Positions 38,971 through 51,339 of a DNA stretch of 64,000 nucleotides are shown here, in pieces (within the stretch, counting starts at the first letter, position 1; each line of letters begins with the position of its first letter). The notes beneath the pieces were generated by a model, which was given only the letters and a program-made list of their open reading frames with translations, was not told the DNA's origin and searched no databases. A program made the translations under genes and the position numbers. The stretch spans positions 42,348,001 to 42,412,000 of the forward strand of contig NC_045697.1 of NCBI RefSeq assembly GCF_009834535.1, read 5' to 3'. Source of the DNA: Camelus ferus (lineage: Eukaryota).

Positions 38971-40499
38971 TTTCTAGAACAGAATGCCTCTGAATTTCAG
39001 GGAATGAAAGATTTCCAGGACCTCCCCCTCCCCTGCACCCCAAGGTGTTCTGGGGCTGGATTCTTAGTTTCCTATAAGGAAATCCTGCTTGTTTTAAGTG
39101 TGGAGTTGTCAAATATTCCCTGAAATACTCAGATTGATTCTGAGGCTCCCACAGAGAGGACAGGAGTGGAGAGAATACATAGTCACCCCTGTTAGGACTA
39201 AGAGTTATCTACTGGATTTTCACCCTTATTTTGGTTCTTCATTAAAAAGTAATAGCAAATTAATATAAAATAGATGTAAAAAACAAGTAAGTAGGATTTG
39301 AATAGGTAACACCTGTGGCTGAATCTGGTCCAATGCTCCAATACTTAAGGCTACGATCTATTTAGCCCTTATTTCAGGCACACCTGAGAAGTTTTTTCTG
39401 TATTTCCTCGGCAATACAAAAGGGAAAGTATTTCATAATTGACCATGTCACACAGTGGACTGGGATGAGGTCTGCAGGGCTGGAGCGGGCAGAGAGCCCT
39501 TGAACTCTTGCCGGATAGTCCTTCGTCTGGAATTTTCCTCTAAGGTGGGTGATAACAGGTGAAGCTGGACAGAGGGCAACAAATAGGATGCCTACAGGCC
39601 AAGGGGCAATTACTCAAATATATTATCTCTCTTCTCTTCTCAAACTTAGATAATCAGCACTTAGTATATCTCATCTTCAACCACATGAAGTCTAAAGATC
39701 TGAGGGTGATGATATTCTGAGCCTTTGTGGGAAGAAAAAAGTGATGACATAACAAATGAGAAAAAGTCCCCTTGAGTTTTTTTTTTTTTTTTTGATAAAT
39801 GTAATTAAATGTGATAATTTTTCAAAGTTATAGCTACTATAAATATACTTCTCATTCAAAATTAAAATTTGTGTGTATTTATATATTAGTGAATACTTTC
39901 CCTTTGAGAAATTACCCTAAGATACAGTTTCAGTTTATATGAGTTTCATCTCTTCTGATAAATCAGCACTTTTCAACAGTTCGTGAAGAAACTTAGGTTT
40001 AAGAGATTGCCTAGAATCAAAAGTTTCCATATCACATCTTTAACATACTTTACCTTGTCAGGTAACTCAAAGCCCTGAAGAGTCACTTTTTTTTGCCAGC
40101 TGATTCTCCATTCTTCTATTTTCACAAAAACATTTTAAAAAATGACTAATTTGTGCCTGCTCCCTTCAAAATCTTCCAACAGAGGCATCTAAATACTGCC
40201 AAATTAAAACCTAAAAGCTTTATTATTTTATGGAGAAAATATCATATAGATGAAGAAATCTTTTTTTTTTTTTAAAGGACCTATATTTCTCACTGGCCCC
40301 TAAAGGGAGGTCTTCTCTGTTAGCAAAGCCATGATTCCAATAGACTGAAAGACAGACACAGTCCGAGTTAAAGGGCCAGTGCAGAGGACAGGAGCGCAGA
40401 TATGCACCTAGCCTCCCTCACAGGTTGAATAAGAAAGCTGAAAGGTCTGTCGAAGGCAAGCTTTAAGGTAAAACAAAGAAACCAAAGTCTCCCTCACTT

Positions 40500-41178
40500 T
40501 ATGTTCTATAATGAAGTAATTAGGTGTAAGATATTAAAATCATGACACTAAGAGAAGCAAAGCACTATTTTGAGGTTATCTTCCTTTCAGTTCAGATGGA
40601 AAATTAAGATCACTTCCAATTCAAAGTTCTAAACACTAAATACAGGTATGCCCTGTTGTGACCTCACTTCCTTGATTAAAGACAAACTCAGCAGTCGATG
40701 GAAGAATCCACACTCCATTGGAACAGCAAACCACACAAAACAGTTGTCCCCATAAAAAAGCCAGTAGCTTTGCATTTGATTTTTCCATCTTGGCTTATTT
40801 CCAGCTGTTCAGAATTTGGATTCCCAAAGTTTTCTTCAGCAGTTAACTAATTCTTTGTTGGTAGAAGGGTCTGGGACTGTTTCTCCACACATAAAGGATG
40901 ATCTTTGTCATAAATCAGTGTTATAATGAAAGAGCAGCTAAGATACATTGCCACATCTTCCCCATTCTCCAAATCTTTGCTGGTGATAGAGAAGTCATCC
41001 CCACACAAGCAAGGACAGAAATACATCTCTGAGTCCTCATCATGTTGGAATTCCTCAATCTCCACCTCGTCGTGAAACACTGCCATCAACACTGAGGCCG
41101 ACAAAGGGCTGTCACTCCCTCCAACCCCTCTGAGTGACACCACCTGGTTGATCTGACCACCCCAGCAGGGGCCAAGCG
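40500..41178 (-). pseudogene. DPH3: Processed pseudogene of DPH3 (diphthamide biosynthesis 3, CSL zinc finger); CDS remnant 41086->40836
   Basis: Intronless [46 protein letters not shown] matches mammalian DPH3. A +2 frameshift follows DKDH; the shifted frame reads [19 protein letters not shown] (ATG to TGA is 251 nt versus 249). GC-rich 5'UTR-like stretch at 41087-41178. The 3' boundary is approximate. Confidence 0.95.
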
Positions 41179-41909
41179 ATGAGGTATAAATATAAACAGA
41201 GTTATGAATGACCAAATAGATGTATAAACTAAGAATTATACAATCATCCATTCACTATTTACCTTTTTAAAAAATATTTTGCTAAGCTGCAAATGTTACA
41301 AGAAAGCTTTCACTTTATTAACAAACATGTATAAGGCAAAATACATCTGCCTTTCCATGTTTTCTGGCAGTAAAGCCAAAACAATTAATTAAGAACAACT
41401 AAGAAAACTTCATGGTTTAAAATTGTGTATACTCATAAAGAGCAAAGTCAAGTCACATCTCCCTGAAATTGAAATCTCATATTAATAATTAGTTCAGGAC
41501 CAGTCATCCTTACTCCTTTTCTCATATACTGTTGCTAAATCATGCTGTCTCCACCTTTTATTTCAGCTAGTTAATCTTTTGGATACTGGTTGTGACCTTA
41601 GAATTAACCCAATTAAATTTAATTTTGTATGATTTGGCCCATCATTCTAGCTTGCCCTCATTCTTTGCAATGCTGGCTCTGCCATCCAACTGTGTGATCT
41701 CCCCTTTAGCTTTGGACCATGCATAGGCTTGTGTGCATATTCTGACAGTGTGCCTTTCACTTGTGCACTAGGACTGGGTTCCTTGGAACTACAGAAACAA
41801 AATGCAGATGTCATAAGAATAGAACTTACAAAGTGTAACTATTAAATAATGCTTTGAGTACTGGCAATGTAATTAGAATATTTGTATAGCTTCTCAAGAT
41901 TTGTGCTTT

Positions 41910-42038
41910 CATTTTTTTCTCCAAGCTTTATTGAGATACTATTGAAAAATAACTTTGTATAATTTTAGGGGTGTACAACATGATAATTTGATGTACAAAT
42001 ATATTGTGAGATGATTAGCACAATAAGATTAGTTAACA
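41910..42038 (-). mobile_element. Short L1MA-type 3' end
   Basis: agctttattgagatac...tgtacaacatgataatttgat...attagttaacac; perfect 15-bp TSD caagatttgtgcttt at 41895-41909 and 42039-42053. Confidence 0.85.
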
Positions 42039-42799
42039 CAAGATTTGTGCTTTTCAATGCATTTATTCTGGCAAGTTTGCTTTAAAGTTATTTAAGCTAA
42101 CATATCTGCCTCATTTATTGATATGCCAGTCAGCCAATGTATCATCAAGAGACAATCTACTCAGGATGGTATAGTAACTGTGAAGTCTAATAATAGGTAA
42201 GTAAAAAATGAATAAATAAATGATAAGAGAGCCCAGCCTCAGTGGTAACAAAGGCCATTAATACTTGGAATCAGTTCAAGAGGTGAAACCAGAGCACTGG
42301 CTGTGAGCTCACAGCCATCAGGGAGGGGACACTGCACATTCAACACGAAGGCAGGCTCGGAGGGGACACAGCTAATGCAGGAAGATCTTCACAAGAGAGT
42401 CTTAGCTAAGGAGATGAAAGTAGAAACGCGAAGTAAGAGAGGAATTAGAGCTGAAGACTGGGCAGGATGATCAAAGAAAGAACCAGACAGAATGTGTGAG
42501 CCATCCTGAATTCCTGTGATATAAACAGGCAGTTGTTAGGGAATCTAATCCATCAAAACTAATTAAGAAAAACAGCAGAGTATTTTCAGGCCACCAGCTC
42601 TTTAATACATGTTCAGTAATTTATCTGAAAAGTGAAGACTTGATCTTACACTGGATATGACCTACAAGAGCCCTCAGCGGGTGGAGAATGTTGTAGGCTC
42701 TCAAAGTCCCAGCAGTGTCAGCTGAAGATAGGCAGCAGGGTCACCTGGTACAAACATACCACTAAGTTCATACCTTCAGCTGAGTGGCTCCTAACACAC

Positions 42800-43030
42800 A
42801 ATTTTTAGTTTAAAAAAAACAGATGGTGTTAATTTCATTTTATTTAATTTTATATATCTAAAAAGTATCACTTAAACATACAATCAATATAAATATGGTA
42901 TTTTACATTTTTTCATACTGTGTTAAAATGCTGTGTGTATTTATGCTGATGCCCCTACCAGTTTGGACTAGCCACATTTCATATGCTAAATACCAACATG
43001 TGGCTCATAGCTACAACTGGACAGTGCAGA
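42800..43030. mobile_element. MER33-like hAT-Charlie element
   Basis: tttggactagccacatttcatatgctaaataccaacatgtggctcatagctacaactggacagtgcag. Confidence 0.7.
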
Positions 43031-44254
43031 GCTAACATGTCTATTATATTCTTCAATTGATATGTGAGAAAACAAAAATAATGACAACTAATTTTTGTAA
43101 ATCACAATACAGTCTAAGAATTGTAATCTCCTCAGATCCAAAACAATAACTTATGGTGTCGGTATGACAAATATAACCTCTAGCTGACAAGTTAGAGAAA
43201 TAATAACTTAACATCTTCATAAGTTAGGACCACAATCATAGTAATAAAAGTGAACCCAAATTTTCTTCTATTGAGAAATTAGGCTGCCTCAGAATGATTA
43301 AATAAATTACCAAAGGCTAGCTAGCATGTCAACTGCAGAATATGAGTTAAAATCTGGGCCACTTTTCTCCCAAATCAATGCTCTCATGACTACAACAACA
43401 ATGCAGAGGCCCTCAGGCTTACATATACAAATATCTGAAGGCTCTCTTTCCCTGCAATTGGTCTGAAAGTCAACAGTAATCACATTACTAAACTTTGGGT
43501 TCTTCCTTGAACTACTGACCAAGGGCTATTCGAAGGTGCTGATGTAATTCTTTAGCCCTCTCTTCTCACTTTTGTGACATAATTGTCACAGGAGTGTTTT
43601 AATGGGTTCTTACTATTTTTATGGCAAGAAGAGGCACCTTCAATTTGTAGAGGTAAGATTTGACACAAATTGTTAAAAGTATCTTTTTTGGTAGTAACAT
43701 GCACATGACTAAGCATAATGTGATCCCATTTTATAAAATAATCAATGACAAAGTATTCCTCTATAATTATATTTTTGAATAAATATAACATATATGTAGC
43801 ATACGCTTTATAATTGTAATAGCTTGCAGAAGACAACACAGCAGGTTATTACCTTGGGGTTGGAAGGACTATGTGGTAGAGGGTAAGGAACAAGTACAAA
43901 AGAGAGAGGCAAATGCAAAGTGAGAAAGGGAAAAAAACTGCATCTATAATATGACTCTGCTTATGTAAAATACAGGTTTATATATATGCATACAGATACA
44001 TACGTATGTTGGGTGCATACATACATATACTACATATACATGAAAATATATGTATTTTTAAATGATCTCTTTACAGTCATGTCATATGAATAGTTTACAG
44101 CTGATAGCTAGGTACCAAGATGATTGATCAGCTTTTAAAATCTGAAGCAGAGACTTGACAATTTGATTGCTGGGATTTTAGGAATATAAATTTTTTTAGT
44201 ATATACCATATAATTCAATAACTATTCTGAAAGATTCGACAGACTGAAATAGCA

Positions 44255-45189
44255 ATCAGGAGAATATTTATTGATCCTTCACTGCGTGCCAGGTACTGGG
44301 GCTAGGGTTACAACAGTGAACACGACCAAGTCTCTTTCCTCAAAGAGTTTACATTCTGATGTGGGGGAGCAGACAGTAAGTAAACACAGAAAATTTAATT
44401 ACGATAAATTCAGAAACTTTTAAATGAGCTGAGTAAACATAGTGACAATTTGGTCTAGATTCGTACCACTGAAAATAGTGAGATGTGGTCAGATTCAGAA
44501 TATAGTTTGGAAATACAGGCAATTGGACTTGCTGGTGGATTTGATGTGGGCGATGAAGGGAAGAGAAGATTTAAGAATAATCTCCATGTTTTTGGCCTGA
44601 ACAACCATTGAGTGGATGATACAATTTACTGATATGTGGAAGGACTGTGAGAGGACAGTTTCTTTTTATTTTGTGAGAAAATCAAGAGTTCTGTCTTAAC
44701 CTAGTTAGGTTAGAGAAGTTTAAAAGACACCCAAGTGAAAATGTTGAGGAGGCAGTCAGATGTATGAGTCCGATGCTCAGGACAGAGTTCAGGGTGGAGA
44801 TGAAAATTTGGGAGCCATTAGCACTTAGATGCAATGCAATAAACAGGCTATCCTGAGAAATGTGTTGCCAGAGTAGACTGGAGGGCTGAAAAAATTAACT
44901 CTGGGGCACTCTAACATTTAGAGATGTGCTAAAGAAATGGAGATGACAAACCTAAGAACAATTTGAGAAAGCAAACTGACCAAGAACACAAGCCAAGAGC
45001 AACAGATGAGGAAGGCAGAGTATGTGGCTATAAAGACAGGCAGGTGGTAGAAAAATTAGATATATCTTGTTGATCGCATTTATTTTTCTCTAGGAAAGAT
45101 AAGGCCAATTCATCGATTGAGAGTAATAAAAAATAAACAGTATTTTGAGGTTGGAGGGGAGAAGAGAAGGTGTCAAATAGTCATCTAAT
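44255..45189 (-). mobile_element. L2 LINE; probably continues right of the L1 to ~47750
   Basis: 3' end aatatttattgatccttcactgcgtgccaggtactgggg...gagtttacattctgatg; internal ggacttgctggtggatttgatgtggg and gagatgaaaatttgggagccattagca. Confidence 0.75.
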
Positions 45190-45202
45190 AAGGATGAAGG
45201 GG

Positions 45203-46719
45203 GTACCAAAACAGACATATAGACCAATGGAACAGAATAGAGAGCCCAGAAATGAACCCACAAACTTTTGGTCAACTCATCTTCGACAAAGGAGGCAAGA
45301 ATATACAATGGAATAAAGACAGTCTCTTCAGCAAATGGTGTTGGAAAAACTGGACAGCAACATGTAAAACAATGAAGCTATAACACTCCCTTACACCATA
45401 TACAAAAATCAACTCAAAATGGATTAAAGACTTAAACATAAGACAAGATACAATAAACCTCCTAGGGGAAAACATAGGCAAAACATTATCTGACATACAT
45501 TTCAAAAATTTTCTCCTAGAAGAAATAAAAGCAAGAATAAACAAATGGGACCTAATGAAACTTACAAGCTTCTGCACAGCAAAGGAAACCAGAAATAAAA
45601 CAAGAAGAAAACCTACGGAATGGGAGAACATTTTTGCAAGTGAAACCGACAAAGGCTTGATCTCCAGAATATATAAGCAGCTCATACGACTCAATAAGAA
45701 AAAAATAAACAACCCAATCCAAAAATGGGCAGAAGACCTAAACAAGCAATTCTCCAAGGAAGATATACAAATGATCAAAAAGCACATGAAAAAATGCTCA
45801 ATATCACTAATTATCAGAGAAATGCAAATCAAAACTACAATGAGGTATCACCTCACACCAGTCAGAATGGCCGTCATTCAAAAATCCACAAATGACAAAT
45901 GCTGGAGAGGCTGTGGAGAAAGGGGAACCCTCCTACACTGCTGGTGGGAATGCAGTTTGGTGCAGCCACTATGGAAAATAGTGTGGAGATTCCTCAAAAA
46001 ACTAGGAATAGACTTACCATATGACCCAGGAATCCCACTCCTGGGCTTGTATCCAGAAGGAAATCTACTTCAGGATGACACCTGCACCCCAATGTTCATA
46101 GCAGCACTATTTACAATAGCCAAAACATGGAAACAGACTAAATGTCCATCAACAGGTGACTGGATAAAGAAGATGTGGTATATTTATACAATGGAATACT
46201 ACTCAGCCATAAAAACCGACAACATAATGCCATTTGCAGCAACATGGATGCTCCTGGAGAATGTCATTCTAAGTGAAGTAAGCCAGAATGAGAAAGAAAA
46301 ATACCATATGAGATCGCTCATATGTGGAATCTAAAAAACAAAACCAAAAACAAACAAACAAACAAAAACAAAGAGTAAATACAGGACAGAAATAGACTCA
46401 CAGACAGAGAATACAGACTTGTGGTTACCAGGGGGGTGGAGGGTGGGAAGGGATAGACTGGGATTTCAAAATTGTAGAATAGATAAACAAGATTACACTG
46501 TATAGCACAGGGAAATATACACAAAATGTTATGATAACTCACAGAGAAAAAAATGTGACAATGAGTGTGTATATGTCCATGAATGACTGAAAAATTGTGC
46601 TGAACACTGGAATTTGACACAACATTGTAAAATGATTATAAATCAATAAAAAATGTTAAAAAAAATAAATAAACAAACCACGATGAGCCTGAGAATAAAA
46701 GAAGATTAAATGTAAAAAA
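45203..46719 (+). mobile_element. Young camelid L1, 5'-truncated, with a short 3' transduction
   Basis: ORF 45555-46334 is the 259-aa ORF2p C-terminus with [18 protein letters not shown]; only one stop upstream (~45381); TSD aaggatgaagggg at 45190-45202 and 46720-46732. Confidence 0.95.
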
Positions 46720-48151
46720 AAGGATGAAGGGGAATTTACTAGAAAAGGAAAATAGGATTTTCTGACAGTGTTCAGTGCTTTTGAGATCTGGGGTTATAAC
46801 TCTGAAGTGAGGCTGGCCAGCATCACAGTGTGACTGTTATCCAGCGCTGTTTAGCTGCTCTCGTATGCGGCCAGGGTGCTCAAGTAACCGGGCTTAAGGA
46901 GGGCTGAAGTTTGGTCAAGTGCACACAATAGAGGGGGTCAGGAAGTCAAGAGAGTCAAAGATGTGAGCAAGGGAATGGTGTGGTGTCAAGCAAGGGCTCT
47001 AAGTTGGGTAAAAGGGGGAGGAAGGACATTAAGGGTTACAAACAGCAAAAATGTGGAGACTCCGTTGATAAGAAGTCTTAAAGAGGTAGAATTACCAAAG
47101 TAGGGGTACAAGAGTTGAGAGTTAGTAGGTTGGGAGGTAAAGTCAGAGAGGAAAGTGGGGCTTGGAGGTGGTGCAGTTAGTGGTGATACCCGGTGTGGAT
47201 ACAACTGTATGCAGGAGTCAGGAAGTTAGAGAGGAGGGAGACATTCCCAGAGCTAAGAAAGTCCAAAGCAGCTGAGTACAGCAACAAGAGCAGTGGAAGA
47301 GACACAGGATCAAGCCGCGGAGTGAGAGGAAGCAGCTGCATGGGAGGTAGCCGTAAAATCTGAAGTCTCGAGCTACAGAAGAACCAGGGGTTCACAAGGA
47401 GAGAGAGAGGAAGGTTTGTAGGCAGTGAAGAAGAGTAAGAGGACATCTCTTTACCTCCAGGCCCTGCCGATCACACTGAGTATGAGAGAAAACACAGCTG
47501 CCCCTGGAGTGACTGCAAAGGAAGTGGCGTTGGTACAAGCTAGTGTCACCTGAACAAGTAGGTGACAGGAAGAATCAGACAAGAGGTAGAGGATGTTGTG
47601 CAGTTTCCAGACAACAGACTCTGGGTTCCTGAGGGCCGAGTGGGAGATTCAGATGAGCAGGAGAGGCACGAGAGGGCACGAGACCAGGGTATATCCTGAG
47701 GAATAAGAGGAGAACTGTTTTGAAATGATGAATAATCTGGGAGGCCTCATCTTTTAATGGTAAAACTTAAGATAAGCAGGGATGGAAGGCTTGAGGGAAC
47801 TGGCCCTGAGGCTCTGGGAGCCCTCAGCTCCACGAGGAGAGACACTGGCTTCCGGGAACACTCGGGTTCCCGCCCACAGCTCGGGACGTAAAGTCATGCC
47901 TTCAGGTTCTGGCTGTCCTTTTGTAGTAAGTGCTGTCTTCTCCTCATCAAAAGAGCCAAGGACTAGGTTGAAAACTAAACAAGGCACTAACCCAGGGCCT
48001 GAGAGGCTGAACTAGATGTAAGGAAATATTCATGTACTCCCTCCAGCACATGCCTATTATGACCAACTTGTTGCTAATTTCCTGGACATTGATTACTGCT
48101 TTTATCTAAAATCTTTACATTCTCAAATGCAAAAATACGTATCAGAAACTT

Positions 48152-48318
48152 GGGGGCGGGTATAGCTTAGGGGAAGGGTATAGCTCAGTGGTAGAGTGTG
48201 TGCCTAGCATGCACACGATCCTGGGTTCAATCCCCAGTACTTCCATTAAAATAAATAAGTCAATAAATAAACCTAATTACCTCCCCCCACCAAAAATCAA
48301 ACAAACAAACAAACAAAA
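48152..48318 (+). mobile_element. Camelid tRNA-derived SINE with a duplicated 5' head
   Basis: gggggcgggtatagctta followed by ggggaagggtatagctcagtggtagag...gggttcaatcccc...cctaattacctcccccc(CAAA)n. Confidence 0.9.
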
Positions 48319-51300
48319 TACTTGGAATAGTGTTTACAAGAGCACCAGAGCAGCCTCACTGGGACAAATACAAAAGGAAAATATTAAAAAAAAAAAAAAA
48401 ACTTTTTAAATTTGAAAAGGAGGCAAAAAAAAATACAGTAAGTGACAGAAAGAAAAGGAAATAGAGAAAGATATAAAATGCATATTTTGATTAAGTAAAT
48501 AATTTCCTTTCATAAAAAAATTAAATTGATCATTAGTTCTATGTATTTTAAATGACACGATGAGAGCTCCTGTATTTACGTGAAACAAATTAGTTTTCCA
48601 AATATGAAGGTCACTCATTTCAATAGCTGAATTTTCTGACTTCTTCCAATTATCAGAGCAATGCATGTGGAAAGTAAATAATAAAGTCCCGTTATGGTAA
48701 TGCTATAACGTATTACAGGAAAAGAGAGAAAGAAGTCTCTTGGGAAAGTCAAGCAGCCTAATTAAATATTACACTTGTGCTACTGTCTAGGCATTTTTTT
48801 TATTTGGAAATGAGAAAACTAGCTCGAAAGGCAGTTTGTTTTCTAAATATGATTTTATACAACAATTGCCAAATAATTATATTTATAGTGGTACATGCTC
48901 ATCCAAATGTCCTTAAGCTGGAGAAGCCCACCATCTGCCCTGCACACCATTTGGAATCAGAATAGCTATTTGTGAGTCATAATGACCAAAGGCTTCTGGC
49001 CACACACTGCCAGGCTCACCCCCTCACTCCTGCTGTTAACAGGCAGGCTGATGACACCAGAACTAATTCCTCCAGGAGTCACAAAGGACTTGATATCCTT
49101 AAAACAGTCAATAGTTTGGGTCTTAGAGGATATTCACATTGTGACACGCACAAATATACACACACCTAGTTTTTTCTATAAATAAAACTTGAAAGGAAAT
49201 TTAGTATGTCAATAGTTAGTTCTAGGATATTGTTCTCTTGCAGCATTAAGCCAAGCATGTTTCTCATAAGCTAAGTTTATTACAGCTCAGGCAATACCCA
49301 ATTTCAAAAAGCAGTAGTCCATCTATTATGTGAAACAAACTAGGGTAGATTCTTTATTTAAAAACTCAGGAAGTTCACCATCTTTTAAAGGAGACAGATA
49401 CAATCCAAATAATTATGAAATTGTGATTGCAATCACCTGAGCATTCTATAAAAGTGTATTAACTGGTCTTCAAGTGGACCAGCATTATTACTGGGCTAGA
49501 AAAATTGAATGCAATAATAAATGTGAACTGATTGTTGAAAGGGCAGATCCCACTCAAGCTGTGTAGGGTAGAGGGTATTTTAAGTATATCCTCAAAGTAT
49601 CTTAAGTCAAGTTGGGATTCCTATGATTAAGAATTGAACTTGAAAAGCCAGTCACAATCACACACTCCATCAGGCAGCATTCACACAAGCATTAACATAG
49701 TCTTTACTTCTTTTCTCTGCATCTTCCCTCACCATGACTGCATGTGGCCAACAAGTCCACAGGTCCCAAGTCTACATGATCTCCTGGGTCCAGTGCCTAC
49801 CAGTTTGTCTGAATCAAGCTCTGTTTCCCAGCTCCAAATTCCAAGCTTGGCCTGGGTCAGATGTCCAGTCTATGATCCAGTTAGCCACAGCATGATGGAT
49901 GAAGTCATGTGGTATATAAGGCTACCCCTTCCAGGGACTAGAGGAAGACAGATTCCCCAAGGAAAGGGTGTGTGTAGGGAAAGGATGATTGGCATCTCTA
50001 CCACAAAGGCATTCATTATTCATGGTCCCACATGTCCCAGCCTTTGCACTTGGACAGCTCCCAACACACCACAGCATATGCCAACAATTATCTCAGGGGT
50101 GGACACACTGTGGTATCAGCCAGCCTTGGCATTGCCTTGAGAGTGTAAGTAATAAAACACCTCCATCATACGACTGTGTGTTAATTAGCATGTGTGAGGT
50201 CACAGAAGGTTCTCTTGAGGACTCTTGGTAGTAGTATAAAATTCTTGCCACATTCCCTGTAATTATCCCAATGGGAAGTCAAATATCCCACATTCATAAG
50301 TCAGGCTTCTTAAAGCAAAAAAGAAAAAATAAGTAACTTTACTACAAGAAGAAGAAATCACACACAGTTACCCATATACAGAATAAAAACAGATGGGTTT
50401 GCATGGATTAGTGAGTGGCTTCCTATGCTCTTTGTGAGTATTTCTGCTCAGCCACTTGAGGTCAGTGTTTCTTCCTATCATTCTGAAGTCTGCATTCTCT
50501 CAAAACCCAAAATATTTCTACATCTGATCCAAGTTGACTTTCCTTTTCCTGTCCCTCTTGATCTCTGCTGTGTTTGACAATTCCAGCTAGTGTCTTTTCT
50601 GATTTCCAGATCCTCACACAGATCCCCAAGTTCTCCTTGAGCCATTATTTCTGGGGTCCAGAGCCATCTCTCTTTACTATATAAACCAATCATAATTCCC
50701 CTGTTCACTATCAGCTCCTATTTCTATTGGTATATATTACCAATATACACCAACAAGAACCCTGTAGGTAATTAAGCACCTGATTTTACTGGTCTGGATA
50801 GTAATTTCAATGGAGAAAATTCATATTTTGTCCTTAATTTATTGATACTCAGTGTTGGCTCTGAAAGTATTTTGTTACAACAAACGTGAGCATCACATTC
50901 TACTCTTCTTCCTGAACATTCAAGCAACAAGACCCTTTAAACTACTGGACCAAATGAAAGAATAAAAAGACAAAAGATCTTTTTTTTCTAAATAGACATA
51001 GGTCATAAAAAATATGTGAGAATAAATAATAGATATGATATCAAGAAATGGCAACTAAGGAAATAGTTACTTTCATACATTTCAAAGCAATGCTATTTAT
51101 TCAGCAGTTCAAATAATCATGATTTAAAGGAGAGCAGAGTCCACTTATTCATAAACACCATTTCTAAATGCCTACCTTACACAGATGCTATGCAAGAACA
51201 AATTAAAGTTTAAAATCCTATCCCTTCGGAACTTTAGAGTCTAATGGAGAAGGAAATGCATATTAAGGAGAAATAATCACTCTCAACTTTTAGGGACCCT

Positions 51301-51339
51301 GAACACATTCTATAACATTTTAACCAGCTAAAAGCATTA

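Noticed and set aside
39776..39793. T run as the poly(A) tail of the DPH3 retrocopy
   Set aside because: No matching TSD at the 5' end of the retrocopy and no clear AATAAA at the right distance.
45272..45832. Hydrophobic 186-aa minus-strand ORF (similar ones at 20241-21069 and 59962-60656)
   Set aside because: These are antisense shadow frames of L1 coding sequence.
45555..46334. Longest ORF (259 aa) as a host gene
   Set aside because: It is the C-terminal part of L1 ORF2p in a 5'-truncated element with no promoter, endonuclease or RT.
49634..50140. 168-aa ORF
   Set aside because: No recognisable domain, it starts at a non-ATG codon, and it appears to overlap degenerate MaLR LTR-like sequence.
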